Under the pieces are notes generated by a model, which worked only from the letters and a program-made list of their open reading frames with translations, searched no databases and was not told where the DNA came from. Of a DNA stretch of 64,000 nt, positions 7,473 through 16,610 are shown piece by piece; positions within the stretch are counted from its first letter, which is position 1, and the number at the start of each line of letters is the position of its first letter. The stretch is taken from positions 1-64,000 of the IMG/VR virus record IMGVR_UViG_3300033555_000001. The stretch is one strand, 5' to 3'. The translations under genes and the position numbers were made by a program. The DNA is from a virus. Its lineage: Duplodnaviria > Caudoviricetes.

Positions 7473-7695
7473 TTTTTGTGAGTTAGCACTAGTGGAAGTG
7501 CACTGCCCCCATACGGCAGAACGAAATCAGTTCGAACCTGATACTCACAACCAAACATATTGCCCTTTAGTTATAATATCACTTCAGTCAGAAAACAAGG
7601 TTGTTCTTTTATAATCCTTTTTTCGACGGTTGCTAAATAGATATTGCAGGAACAAACTGTCGTTGACAGTCTCCTAACTACTCAAAGGACATAAA

Positions 7696-8109
7696 ATGAT
7701 TAAATCTACTCTCGTAGTTCTGACTGCCGCTGCATCGCTTGGTCTGACAGGCTGCGCAACTAAGCAACAAACTGGCGCGCTGGTTGGTACCATTGTTGGT
7801 GCTGCAGTGCTTGGCCCAATTGGCGGCAGTGCAGCTGCTCACATTGGTGCGGCAATTGTTGGTGGTGTTATTGGTAACATTATCGGTTCAAAGATTGGTG
7901 CAAGCATGGATGCTCGTGATCGTATGCTGGCTCAAGACGCAGTTGCTCGCAACCAAAAGACCACAATCACCAGCACAAGCTCGAACGCTGTTTACGTTGT
8001 AACTCCAGAAGACCAGGGTAACGGTACCTCCAGAGTTACCATGGAACGGACGCAGGACGGTAAGACTTCTTCAGAAACAGTTATCATGAAGAAGCCAATC
8101 CGCGAGTAA
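7696..8109 (+). CDS. Glycine-zipper 2TM lipoprotein
   Basis: Lipobox LTGC, GAxxGAxxG zipper; TAAATAG at 7634. Confidence 0.75.
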   Translation: MIKSTLVVLTAAASLGLTGCATKQQTGALVGTIVGAAVLGPIGGSAAAHIGAAIVGGVIGNIIGSKIGASMDARDRMLAQDAVARNQKTTITSTSSNAVYVVTPEDQGNGTSRVTMERTQDGKTSSETVIMKKPIRE

Positions 8110-8135
8110 TCAAGGTTAGTTCAGTTATAAATAAG

Positions 8136-8160
8136 AGGAGTCTTACGGGACTCCTTTTTT
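8136..8160 (+). terminator. Intrinsic terminator
   Basis: AGGAGTC/GACTCCT hairpin followed by a T run. Confidence 0.7.
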
Positions 8161-8169
8161 GATTTCAAT

Positions 8170-8241
8170 GCACCGATGCCAGAATGGTAATGGGCGCAGC
8201 TGCAACCTGCGTATTTGGCGGTTCGATTCCGTCTCGGTGCT
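8170..8241 (+). tRNA. tRNA-Cys(GCA)
   Basis: Acceptor GCACCGA/TCGGTGC, loop CTGCAAC, U73. Confidence 0.88.
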
Positions 8242-8250
8242 CATGAATAT

Positions 8251-8324
8251 GGGGAAATAGTTTAGTGATAGAACAGGGCACTCCAAACGCTCTGGCCGAG
8301 GTGTGATTCCTCGTTTCCCTGCCA
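8251..8324 (+). tRNA. tRNA-Trp(CCA), copy 1
   Basis: Loop CTCCAAA, T-loop TGTGATT, GCCA end. Confidence 0.75.
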
Positions 8325-8363
8325 GCTTTATGTTAAAATATTATTTTAACTACTAATATTACA

Positions 8364-8555
8364 ATGAACGCACTTGAACGAATTTGGGCCCGAGCCACTG
8401 GCCACTTAATGGGCGAAACAGATCAGGATCGTCCTGATGTTCCAGTGTTAAAATTAAAAGAGGCCAGAATTGCTTTGGCTCTAAAAACATTCTGGATTGT
8501 GCTTCATACTGTAACCTGCGTTGCGATCATTGCAAATGTAATCAGGCACTGGTAA
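8364..8555 (+). CDS. Small membrane protein
   Basis: 63 aa with a C-terminal hydrophobic helix ending VIRHW. Confidence 0.6.
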   Translation: MNALERIWARATGHLMGETDQDRPDVPVLKLKEARIALALKTFWIVLHTVTCVAIIANVIRHW

Positions 8556-8569
8556 TCACAATGAACGCT

Positions 8570-8641
8570 ACCTCGTCTGTGGGATACAGTATTGGGACTT
8601 CTAATCCTGAATGAGAGGTTCGACTCCTCTACGAGGTCCCA
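8570..8641 (+). tRNA. tRNA-Arg(TCT), non-canonical 72-nt form
   Basis: Acceptor ACCTCGT/ACGAGGT, loop CTTCTAA, TTCGACT, CCA. The D hairpin CTGT-GGGAT-ACAG directly follows the acceptor. Confidence 0.75.
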
Positions 8642-8687
8642 TCAGCCACGCGCCAGCTAAATAGCTCTATATTTTTATGGAGCCTAA

Positions 8688-9281
8688 ATGATTAACCTTC
8701 CACGCCTGCAAATTCTTGCAGAAGCACGCCAGCCTGATTTAAAGTACAGTGACAAACGCGTCAAGGGCGCACTTGAAAAAGTAACACTTGAGCTCCAAGG
8801 TAACAACTCTGGTGCCATGACACGGCTTACAAAACGCTATGAGCGCCTGGACCGATCAGCAAAGCTGCTGACTGAAAAACGAAATGAAGTAAACGCGCAG
8901 ATTAAAAATGTTGGTGATCAGCTCTTTGATGCTGAGGACAGTATTGCTACGCGAATTATCGAAACAATTTCATGCACCATCATGTTAACTGCTGCGCAGA
9001 AAGCAGCTGACAAAGCGCCAAGCAAAAAGATTGATTTTGAATCAGCATACGCTGAGCTTGCAAAGCTAGTGCCAGAGCTGCAGGAAAAAGTCGATATGAT
9101 TACTGCTAAGTACACCGAAATTATTGCCGCAAAAGATACTCCAACGGCTCTTCGAGTAAAATTGAAAGAGGGAATTTTGGATACCTTAAAGAGCTGGATC
9201 AAAGGGTTTATCAGCGAAATTAAATCTTGGGGAACATCTTATGACGCTAAGCTTGCCAAAATTAAGGCGCTGCTGAAATGA
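8688..9281 (+). CDS. Helical hypothetical protein, candidate virion protein
   Basis: 197 aa; TAAATAG at 8658; GGAG RBS. Confidence 0.65.
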   Translation: MINLPRLQILAEARQPDLKYSDKRVKGALEKVTLELQGNNSGAMTRLTKRYERLDRSAKLLTEKRNEVNAQIKNVGDQLFDAEDSIATRIIETISCTIMLTAAQKAADKAPSKKIDFESAYAELAKLVPELQEKVDMITAKYTEIIAAKDTPTALRVKLKEGILDTLKSWIKGFISEIKSWGTSYDAKLAKIKALLK

Positions 9282-10123
9282 AATTAAGCGAACTTCTATG
9301 TGAAAACGCGTCTGGTTATGATAATCTGAGTTCGTCTGCAAAAGAAATGTTGGCTTATCTTATTCATGATAAGTCACACGTGTTTGATAAAATCTCAACC
9401 AACAAAGACATGGTTGAAGTGCTCAGCAAGCACTCTGAAAAATGTAATAAGACACTGTATCGCGGTGTTTCACCTGCAGAGCTAAAGCAAATTAAGGCTG
9501 GAAAACCGCTTTCCTATCACACCTCATATTCAGAATCAAAAGAAATTGCTGAGGGTTTTGGGACAGTTATCACGGTACTTCCACCAACTACAGGTTTTTG
9601 CTATTGGAAGTACCAAAAGAAAACTCTTGAAGCTTTGCGCAAAAACGATCCAGAAGAATTTGATTCTGTCGATGGAGAACACGATCTTAAATTATCTCTT
9701 GACGAAAAAGAATGGATTTTTGATATTGGTGTAGTGTTCACGGAAACCGCTGAACTTACATATAAATTTGGCGCCGCAGAGCAAACAAAGAAAGCTGATG
9801 TTGCGGCGGCTAGCGATGCTTTAAAAATTGAAGACATAAAAGTCGGCGATAGAGTCTCGTTCTTATCTGATACCACATACGGGACAGGTGAGAAGAGTAG
9901 ACAGGCCGGTAAAGTAGTGTCAATCACTAGAGCTGGAGAACCTATTCCAGCCGTTCCAGGCTATGATTTCAGCATAAACAATAAAGATTCACAGCCGGGA
10001 AAACCTACAAAATTTGATTTGTTGTTTGTGAAAGCGGAACATGTTAACCTCGCTGGTAAAATTAGCTATGTGCCGATGCTCAGCAGTCAAATTGTTAAGA
10101 GTGCTAAATTTAGTTGGGAATAG
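9278..10123 (+). CDS. Putative ADP-ribosyltransferase (R-S-E class)
   Basis: LYRG, TSYS and EKE motifs in the correct order; C-terminal SH3-like segment. Confidence 0.55.
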   Translation: MKLSELLCENASGYDNLSSSAKEMLAYLIHDKSHVFDKISTNKDMVEVLSKHSEKCNKTLYRGVSPAELKQIKAGKPLSYHTSYSESKEIAEGFGTVITVLPPTTGFCYWKYQKKTLEALRKNDPEEFDSVDGEHDLKLSLDEKEWIFDIGVVFTETAELTYKFGAAEQTKKADVAAASDALKIEDIKVGDRVSFLSDTTYGTGEKSRQAGKVVSITRAGEPIPAVPGYDFSINNKDSQPGKPTKFDLLFVKAEHVNLAGKISYVPMLSSQIVKSAKFSWE

Positions 10124-10242
10124 ATAGATAAGCGTGTTATAATAGTTTCAAGATAATTCGAGAGCGAGTGAAAGACGAATTATGCTGCCTAGAGAAATTT
10201 AGGTTCTGCGGTTAGCAGAGGTAACAGAGTCTCGCAAGTTAT

Positions 10243-10313
10243 AGGGGCGTGGTGTAGTGATAGCACAAGGGTCTCCAAAACCTTTAGTGGGAGTTTGATT
10301 CTCTCCGCCCCTG
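10243..10313 (+). tRNA. tRNA-Trp(CCA), copy 2
   Basis: Acceptor AGGGGCG/CGCCCCT, arm AGGGT-CTCCAAA-ACCTT; no CCA. Confidence 0.8.
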
Positions 10314-10499
10314 GTCCTGGTTAATTTGTACAAGTAAAGTTCCCTAAGACCCTGCACGGGACAACCCACCAGTAAATGGTCTAGCACAGCCTAGGTAAGC
10401 GGAACCAATCTATAGTTCTAAACTCCATAATCAACAGTTTACACCTCTCTGGTAATAGAGTAGAATAATCTTTTATTCTGGTCTACGTCAAGGGATTTT

Positions 10500-11513
10500 A
10501 TGAATCGCATTGGTTTTGCCTGCAAATGGATCGACAGCGCGTCTCAGGTTAACGCAATTGGCGCCAATGATCCGGCAAAAGAACTTAATCCCTGCACTAC
10601 TACAATTACTTGGCTTGCAAAGCAAACGCGCGAAGTGGCTGAGCAAAAGCTGTTTAGCCTCATGAAGTACAATATTGAGGCCACGCGTCGGTTAGTAGAG
10701 CGAGTTGGCCAGCAGCCTGCGCACTTGCGCATGGTGCGGCTCAGCAGCGATTTGCTCATGGCGTACACACACGTAGACCACCGTGATTGGTGGCAGCGCC
10801 CTGACGTACAGGACTATTTGGAAAAGAATTTTAGAGTTGTTGGCGATTTAGCACGAGCACTAGACGTGCGTCTTAGCATGCACCCTGGCCAGTTCTGCGT
10901 ACTAGCAAGTGTCAGCGATGGAATTATTGAGCGCTCAATTGAAGAATTTGAGTACCACACGGACATGGCCCGATTTATGGGGTACGGCTCAAAGTTCCAA
11001 GACATGAAAATCAACGTCCACATTAGTGGCAAGCGTGGCCCACAGGGTATCAAGGACGCACTCCAGCGACTGTCGCCAGAGGCGCGCAATATGATTACCA
11101 TTGAAAACGACGAGATGAGCTGGGGTGTTGATGCAAGCCTGGCGCTGGCAGATGACCTGGCCTTGGTGCTTGATATTCATCATCACTGGATTCGCACGGG
11201 TGAATACATCCAACCAACTGATTCGCGCTTTCAGGCCATGATCGAATCCTGGCGTGGTGTGCAGCCCGTAATTCACTACAGCGTAAGCAGGGAAGATGTG
11301 TTGCCTGATCATGTTACGACCGTGCTGCCCGACCACGCGGCCCTGCTAAAAACAGGTCACAATAAATCCAAGCTCAGGGCGCACAGCGATTTTTACTGGA
11401 ACACTGCAGTAAGCGATTGGGCAGGCAGCTTCCAGCCCTATGCAGATATTATGTGCGAATGTAAATCCAAGAATTTAGGAAGTGCAGCTTTTGCAGCACA
11501 AGTTTATAAGTAA
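10500..11513 (+). CDS. uvsE: UV damage endonuclease
   Basis: RIGFACK, RLSSD, RLSMHPGQF, TIENDE, LDIHHHW, HYS and RAHSD motifs. Confidence 0.92.
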   Translation: MNRIGFACKWIDSASQVNAIGANDPAKELNPCTTTITWLAKQTREVAEQKLFSLMKYNIEATRRLVERVGQQPAHLRMVRLSSDLLMAYTHVDHRDWWQRPDVQDYLEKNFRVVGDLARALDVRLSMHPGQFCVLASVSDGIIERSIEEFEYHTDMARFMGYGSKFQDMKINVHISGKRGPQGIKDALQRLSPEARNMITIENDEMSWGVDASLALADDLALVLDIHHHWIRTGEYIQPTDSRFQAMIESWRGVQPVIHYSVSREDVLPDHVTTVLPDHAALLKTGHNKSKLRAHSDFYWNTAVSDWAGSFQPYADIMCECKSKNLGSAAFAAQVYK

Positions 11514-11519
11514 AACAAC

Positions 11520-11596
11520 ACGTCTGTAGCTCAATTGGACAGAGCAGCGGTCTTCTAAACCGCAGGTTGTGGATTCAAATTCCGCCAGACGTACCA
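11520..11596 (+). tRNA. tRNA-Arg(TCT), canonical
   Basis: TAGCTCAATTGGACAGAGC D arm, arm GCGGT-CTTCTAA-ACCGC, ACCA. Confidence 0.9.
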
Positions 11597-11602
11597 GATT
11601 TA

Positions 11603-11632
11603 AAACGCTATTTGTCACCTAATGCCTCTATA
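11603..11632 (+). repeat. 30-bp exact dispersed repeat, copy 1 (copy 2 at 53770-53799)
   Basis: AAACGCTATTTGTCACCTAATGCCTCTATA occurs at both positions. Confidence 0.85.
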
Positions 11633-11698
11633 TGGCGCGTAATACACATAACACTCTCAGGCACATCTAAATAGAACTCTCTATTATGCCTTTTTCGT

Positions 11699-12571
11699 AT
11701 GAAATTTTTCAAAAAAATATTGGCGTTAATGCTGGCACTTCCATTTGTCGGAGTGTCCCTGGCTACTGATCGCCCGCTTTATACAATTTACACTGCGTCC
11801 GCAAAGGGCACGTACTACCAATTTGGCCTTGATATTCAACGCGCCTGTCCTCATCTAAAAATTCAAGTAATCAACACACACGGCTCCCTAGACAACGTTA
11901 ATAATCTGATTCAGCCATCAGTGATGAGGACTGGTCACCAGTTTGCTCTTGTCCAAAATGATGCGCTTGCTGCAATGACTGAAGATGAACCGCGGCTTAA
12001 GGCGCTGATCACTCCAGCAATGCGGATGTACAGCGAGGAAATCACCGTGCTTGTTAGCAAGAGCTCTAATATTCAATCGCTGAGCGATCTTGCCGGGAAA
12101 CGAGTAGCAGTTGGAGTTGTAGGATCTGGTACCTGGTTTTCGGCTGCCGCCATCAAGTCTCAGCTTGGCATTACATGGGCTTCGATTGAAATACCAGCAG
12201 AAGAAAGTTTACTTGGTGTGCTGTCCGGGGATATTGACGCGCTTATTACCGTAAGCGGCCACCCAGTAAAATTTTTTAGTGAGCTTGGAGCCAGCATGAA
12301 GGGTCACGTAAAGCTGCTTAACATGAGTGGCGTTGAGCTGGACCAAATGTATAAAACCGCGGTGCTCCCAAAAAACACGTATCTTTGGCAAGACCGCGCC
12401 GTAGAATTACGCTCCACGCGCTCCACTATGATTACTCCTTCATCAACTCCTGAATCGGCCACACGCGCCCTTATTCAGTGCATCAGCTCGAAACAAGAAG
12501 AGCTGCGAGCATGGGGACACCCAAAGTGGCGCACCATGCAGTTTCCAGCAGTATCAACAAAGACTAAGTAG
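11699..12571 (+). CDS. TAXI-family TRAP solute-binding protein
   Basis: Signal peptide; GTYYQFG, THGSLDNVNNL, ALVQND, SLSDLAGKRVAVGxxGSGT motifs. Confidence 0.85.
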   Translation: MKFFKKILALMLALPFVGVSLATDRPLYTIYTASAKGTYYQFGLDIQRACPHLKIQVINTHGSLDNVNNLIQPSVMRTGHQFALVQNDALAAMTEDEPRLKALITPAMRMYSEEITVLVSKSSNIQSLSDLAGKRVAVGVVGSGTWFSAAAIKSQLGITWASIEIPAEESLLGVLSGDIDALITVSGHPVKFFSELGASMKGHVKLLNMSGVELDQMYKTAVLPKNTYLWQDRAVELRSTRSTMITPSSTPESATRALIQCISSKQEELRAWGHPKWRTMQFPAVSTKTK

Positions 12572-12573
12572 CC

Positions 12574-13296
12574 ATGGATCCTAAAAAAGATAAACTGACA
12601 GAAGATAAACTGACAGAAGATAAACTGAGTTGGGTTCCTGCAATACAGGATTTTACCGACAAGTTAACAATAACACGAATTGTCACAGCACTGTTTGCAG
12701 GTATCATGTTCACCGGAATGATGATGGTGTATGAAAACCGTGATTTGATTTTTGAAAAAATTTACAATACCGGCCAGCGCCCGCAACCCAGCGCAATGCT
12801 TTTGTCAGTGTGGGATGTAACTCCTAAAACAAAAGAAGATTTAATTTCCCTAGTAAAGGGTTCCAGCTTAATTTCTTTTGCGCTTATTACTGAAGTTGAC
12901 TTGCAGAAAAACCGCAGCACTGCTAAGCACTGGTTTCTGGACGATCCAAACGAGGCGCAAATCCGAGCGCGGGCTTCTACTGCCCTGCCGCAGGCGGTGT
13001 TTGACTATGACGCCAAAAACACGCAGCAAATGGTAGGTGTGTTAAACAACGATTTTGTGTGTGCCAAATTTACTGACACAATTTACGTGCGGTCATTTCC
13101 TGATCTTGCAAAACGTGTGCCAGTAATATGCCGCATTGCAATTCCACCGTTTTACGGGAAGTTTGTAGGTATCCTAACATTTGGCCTGCGCGTACAGCCT
13201 ACAAAGGACGAACTAGACTCGATTAGACTTGAGGCTTCTAGGCTAGCAGTTGAAATTTACTTGCGCGATATTCTAAAAAAGCAACCAACAAAGTAA
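12574..13296 (+). CDS. Single-TM protein with periplasmic GAF-like domain (T4 holin T-like), paralog 1
   Basis: N-terminal TM segment, two conserved Cys, ICRIAIPPFYGKFVGILTF...IRLEASRLAVEIY. Confidence 0.5.
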   Translation: MDPKKDKLTEDKLTEDKLSWVPAIQDFTDKLTITRIVTALFAGIMFTGMMMVYENRDLIFEKIYNTGQRPQPSAMLLSVWDVTPKTKEDLISLVKGSSLISFALITEVDLQKNRSTAKHWFLDDPNEAQIRARASTALPQAVFDYDAKNTQQMVGVLNNDFVCAKFTDTIYVRSFPDLAKRVPVICRIAIPPFYGKFVGILTFGLRVQPTKDELDSIRLEASRLAVEIYLRDILKKQPTK

Positions 13297-13355
13297 CTGG
13301 TAAACCTGGTAAACTAGCCAAAGATCCCTAAATAGCTTTGTCAAACGGAGCGTGT

Positions 13356-14015
13356 ATGGATCTCAAGAAAGTTTTGCCAGTTGCAGCAAATGTGATTTCT
13401 TGGCTGTCACTGAAAAAGATAGTCATGCTTGTTTGCGCGGGTCTAGTGCTCATTTTTGTCATGACGATTTTTGAAAATCGCTCGGTTGTAACCAAAATCT
13501 TCAAACCAAAAGACTATGCAATTCCAGCTGAACACCGGCTTGTTGTTGCTGACGACACCCAGAAAAAAATTCAAGAGTTAGTAACACGATCGCCCGACAT
13601 CAACATGATCATGATCATTGGCGCAGAGATCAGAGTTAATCAGCGAGAGCTTGTTTACTACTTTTCGGATGACGTAACAATTGATCTAGCAATGAAAAGT
13701 TATATTGGCACCCACTCGACACGTCAACCAATTTTTTCGGTTGACGAGCGCAATAACGCGCAAATGGTCAGCGTGATTAATGGCGAGTTTGGATGCTATA
13801 AGTACGAAGCTTCAATGAGCACGATTATTGCGCCCGCAGTAAGTTTGCAGGCACCAGCAATTTGTCGCATATCACTGCCACCCTACTATGGCGAATTCAG
13901 CGGCTATGTGAATATTACGCTCTCTAAATTCCCCGATGTGGCACTGCAAAATCAAATCAGAATTGACGCTGTTAGACTGGCAACTGAAATTTACGACAGA
14001 AGCCAAAAACAGTAA
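13356..14015 (+). CDS. Holin T-like paralog 2
   Basis: Same layout; ICRISLPPYYGEFSGYV...IRIDAVRLATEIY; TAAATAG at 13329. Confidence 0.5.
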   Translation: MDLKKVLPVAANVISWLSLKKIVMLVCAGLVLIFVMTIFENRSVVTKIFKPKDYAIPAEHRLVVADDTQKKIQELVTRSPDINMIMIIGAEIRVNQRELVYYFSDDVTIDLAMKSYIGTHSTRQPIFSVDERNNAQMVSVINGEFGCYKYEASMSTIIAPAVSLQAPAICRISLPPYYGEFSGYVNITLSKFPDVALQNQIRIDAVRLATEIYDRSQKQ

Positions 14016-14077
14016 TCAGCTGGGCTATTAGCACAGGTATTGTAAATAGAATAACGATTATGTTCTTAGGAGGACTT

Positions 14078-14188
14078 ATGATTTATTTTATTATTGGCGT
14101 AGCAGTTGGCGCAGCATTCTCACCTTTCTGGATCAAGCTTTGGTTTGCAATAAAAGCCAAAGCCCGCGATCTATCGGATAAAAAATGA
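14078..14188 (+). CDS. Small membrane protein (36 aa)
   Basis: AGGAGG RBS; MIYFIIGVAVGAAFSPFWIKLW; TAAATAG at 14043. Confidence 0.6.
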   Translation: MIYFIIGVAVGAAFSPFWIKLWFAIKAKARDLSDKK

Positions 14189-14388
14189 TCCCCGATCTAC
14201 AGGTCGGCACACCTGTCCTGGCACTGATGGCCGGCACTTTTGCGTGGGTGCTCTTTATTATTGTGCGCAGAGGCGTGGCATGTCATTCCTGGCGCAAAAA
14301 CCTAAACCGACGAGCTGAAACAAACAAAAAAGCAGAGGCAGTATTACACCGACGCCGTACTGATGGCTCTCTAATTGACACGAACTAG
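14185..14388 (+). CDS. Small membrane protein
   Basis: One TM segment with a basic tail; ATGA overlap with the upstream gene. Confidence 0.55.
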   Translation: MIPDLQVGTPVLALMAGTFAWVLFIIVRRGVACHSWRKNLNRRAETNKKAEAVLHRRRTDGSLIDTN

Positions 14389-14410
14389 ACAGTAAATACG
14401 CAGAGTAATA

Positions 14411-14440
14411 ACGGGAGCCAATTATTCGGGCTCCCGTTTT
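14411..14440 (+). terminator. Intrinsic terminator
   Basis: ACGGGAGCC/GGCTCCCGT hairpin followed by a T run. Confidence 0.7.
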
Positions 14441-14483
14441 AGCTTTAACACTAACCTAAAAATATATTATAATTGGAGTCATT

Positions 14484-14936
14484 ATGGATTCAATAGATGA
14501 ACTGCAGTACGAAAAACGCCCAAGGGCCGGTTTAATTCCGTACATGTGGGAAGATGGCATTTTGAAATTTTTGATGATGGTAAGCTCGAACGCTAAATTT
14601 GGCGGACCACGACCAATGATTTCAAAGGGTAAAATTGAAGAAGGCGAGAACACGTTTGAGTGCGCCATTAGAGAAGCTGAAGAGGAGCTTGGTCTAGTGC
14701 GTGAAAATTTGGCCGCTGTTCCAATACTAATTGCCAGCGAGCGTGTTGAGCTCAGGAGTGGAGCGTACAGACTTACCGTATATGCAGCACCAATTCAGGA
14801 CAAGTGGGACTTTAGTAAGTGGTGCGACGAGACCGAGTATATTTTATGGATGTCGCTCGAAGATTTTCGTGAAAACGGTCGTAAGGACCACGTAAAGTAC
14901 GTCGAGCAAGTAGCAGCTCTAGCCGCTCGCCTCTAG
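14484..14936 (+). CDS. NUDIX hydrolase
   Basis: Nudix box GKIEEGENTFECAIREAEEELG. Confidence 0.9.
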   Translation: MDSIDELQYEKRPRAGLIPYMWEDGILKFLMMVSSNAKFGGPRPMISKGKIEEGENTFECAIREAEEELGLVRENLAAVPILIASERVELRSGAYRLTVYAAPIQDKWDFSKWCDETEYILWMSLEDFRENGRKDHVKYVEQVAALAARL

Positions 14937-14945
14937 GAGAAACAG

Positions 14946-15542
14946 ATGCACAAGCACCAGATCCTTGCTCTTGACCAGCAAGGACAGCCGCACCGATGGA
15001 TTAGCGCAGAGCTTGCAATTACATACCACGCCAAAGGTTTGGTCGCTTGGCAACTGGGCGATGAGGCGCACTTGTTGTTTCGTGGTGGTGACAACAGAGT
15101 AACTGGTCAGCAATCTCAAATTGTTACTGCTCCAATCGTTGCAATAAAGGGCGAGTCCGTGGCCGGCAATAAGCGCGCCAGTCGTGTGCCAACGCTGTCT
15201 AACAAAGAACTCTTTGCCCGAGACCGGTGGACGTGTGCGTACTGCGGCCATATCTTTAATGACACTAAGCTTACTCGTGATCACGTTATCCCGGTGAGCC
15301 GTGGTGGTCTAGACGTGTGGACAAACGTAGTAACAGCGTGCGAATATCATAATCACAAAAAAGATAACAAGCTTTTGCAAGAGGCCGGTATGGAACTGCT
15401 GTACGTACCGTACACACCTAATCGCGCAGAGCACTTGATTCTTAAATCAAGAAGGATGTTACCTGTCCAGGCCGAATACCTGGCACAATTTATTCCTCAG
15501 GCGAGCAGGGCTCATTATCTGTTAGATGAAGTACAACATTAG
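14946..15542 (+). CDS. HNH endonuclease
   Basis: RDRWTCAYCG...TRDHVIPVSRGG...WTNVVTAC...N..K. Confidence 0.88.
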   Translation: MHKHQILALDQQGQPHRWISAELAITYHAKGLVAWQLGDEAHLLFRGGDNRVTGQQSQIVTAPIVAIKGESVAGNKRASRVPTLSNKELFARDRWTCAYCGHIFNDTKLTRDHVIPVSRGGLDVWTNVVTACEYHNHKKDNKLLQEAGMELLYVPYTPNRAEHLILKSRRMLPVQAEYLAQFIPQASRAHYLLDEVQH

Positions 15543-15556
15543 CATTAGGGAATTTT

Positions 15557-15808
15557 ATGAAATTGTCTGAATTAAACGCCGCACCAATAATCGAAGAAAC
15601 TGTCGGTTGGTATATTATCAGTAACGCAGAGGATTCATTTCCGGATGCCGGTCCATTTGAAACTTATTCAGAAGCCAGACGAGCCAGTCAAGGCTATTCA
15701 TGGTACAGAGAAGAAGACTTTGACATTGCATACGGTCGCGCCGATCCAGCCAGCCAGGATTTTTACGACCTGAAGGAACCAGACAAACAAAGAAGCCCTA
15801 CAGATTAA
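15557..15808 (+). CDS. Hypothetical protein, candidate internal virion protein
   Basis: Starts MKLSELNAAPIIEE. Confidence 0.55.
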   Translation: MKLSELNAAPIIEETVGWYIISNAEDSFPDAGPFETYSEARRASQGYSWYREEDFDIAYGRADPASQDFYDLKEPDKQRSPTD

Positions 15809-15851
15809 AACTGTGTTAAAATTTATTTGACGGTAACTACTTAGGAAAATT

Positions 15852-16337
15852 ATGCAAGTTAATAGCGAACGTTACGCGGAGTATTGCTTTAGGGCCGCCA
15901 GCATTGTGTGCATTGGTCTTACCTTCCTGTTCTGGGGTGAATGGCTAAAGGTGCTCTTTACTTGGCTGGGGCTTGTTCCAATGGCTATTGTGTTTGCATT
16001 TTTTGTAGGGGTAGTACTGCGAGCCATGGGCGGTACACTGCCCGACACCGAAGAAGCCACCGAGCCAGATCACGTTTGGCTAGAGGGTACAACAACTAAA
16101 GTATCAGATGAGATTGTTGGCGTCTATATGGACACGCAGATTCACGCCTGGGTTCTCATGAATAATCCTACTGAGGGTGGTGAGGACGTTAAGCTATTCT
16201 GGGAAAGCACAGTAGATCTTGAGGCAGGGTTTGATCCACCGCCAAATAGATGGTTCATGATCTTGCCACCGGGTTTGTTGTACCTGGAGCCAGCAAAAGA
16301 AGAAGCCGAATCGTTAACCACTACTACAGAGGAATAA
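15852..16337 (+). CDS. Membrane protein (2 TM)
   Basis: Two hydrophobic segments followed by an acidic domain. Confidence 0.6.
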   Translation: MQVNSERYAEYCFRAASIVCIGLTFLFWGEWLKVLFTWLGLVPMAIVFAFFVGVVLRAMGGTLPDTEEATEPDHVWLEGTTTKVSDEIVGVYMDTQIHAWVLMNNPTEGGEDVKLFWESTVDLEAGFDPPPNRWFMILPPGLLYLEPAKEEAESLTTTTEE

Positions 16338-16610
16338 AATGTTGCGTGCATGGATGAATATTTTACCGCTTTTTATAATAAAGATCTTGGCTAGAAAATA
16401 CGGTGAGCACTTTGCATTTGGTGGAATTGCTGTGGCTCAGGCTACACCAGGCGTTTTTGTTCAAGTCAGTAAAAAGTAAATCATGTAATAATTTTAACGT
16501 GGTCAGTGACCACGTTTTATTTTCAGGATGCGCACTGTTATAAATAGTAATATAATGACAATACGCGCTAAATAACAATATCACTCACACTGATACAACT
16601 AGAGGATCGT

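Noticed and set aside
10164-10235. Hammerhead ribozyme
   Set aside because: GAAA is present but the CUGANGA core is missing.
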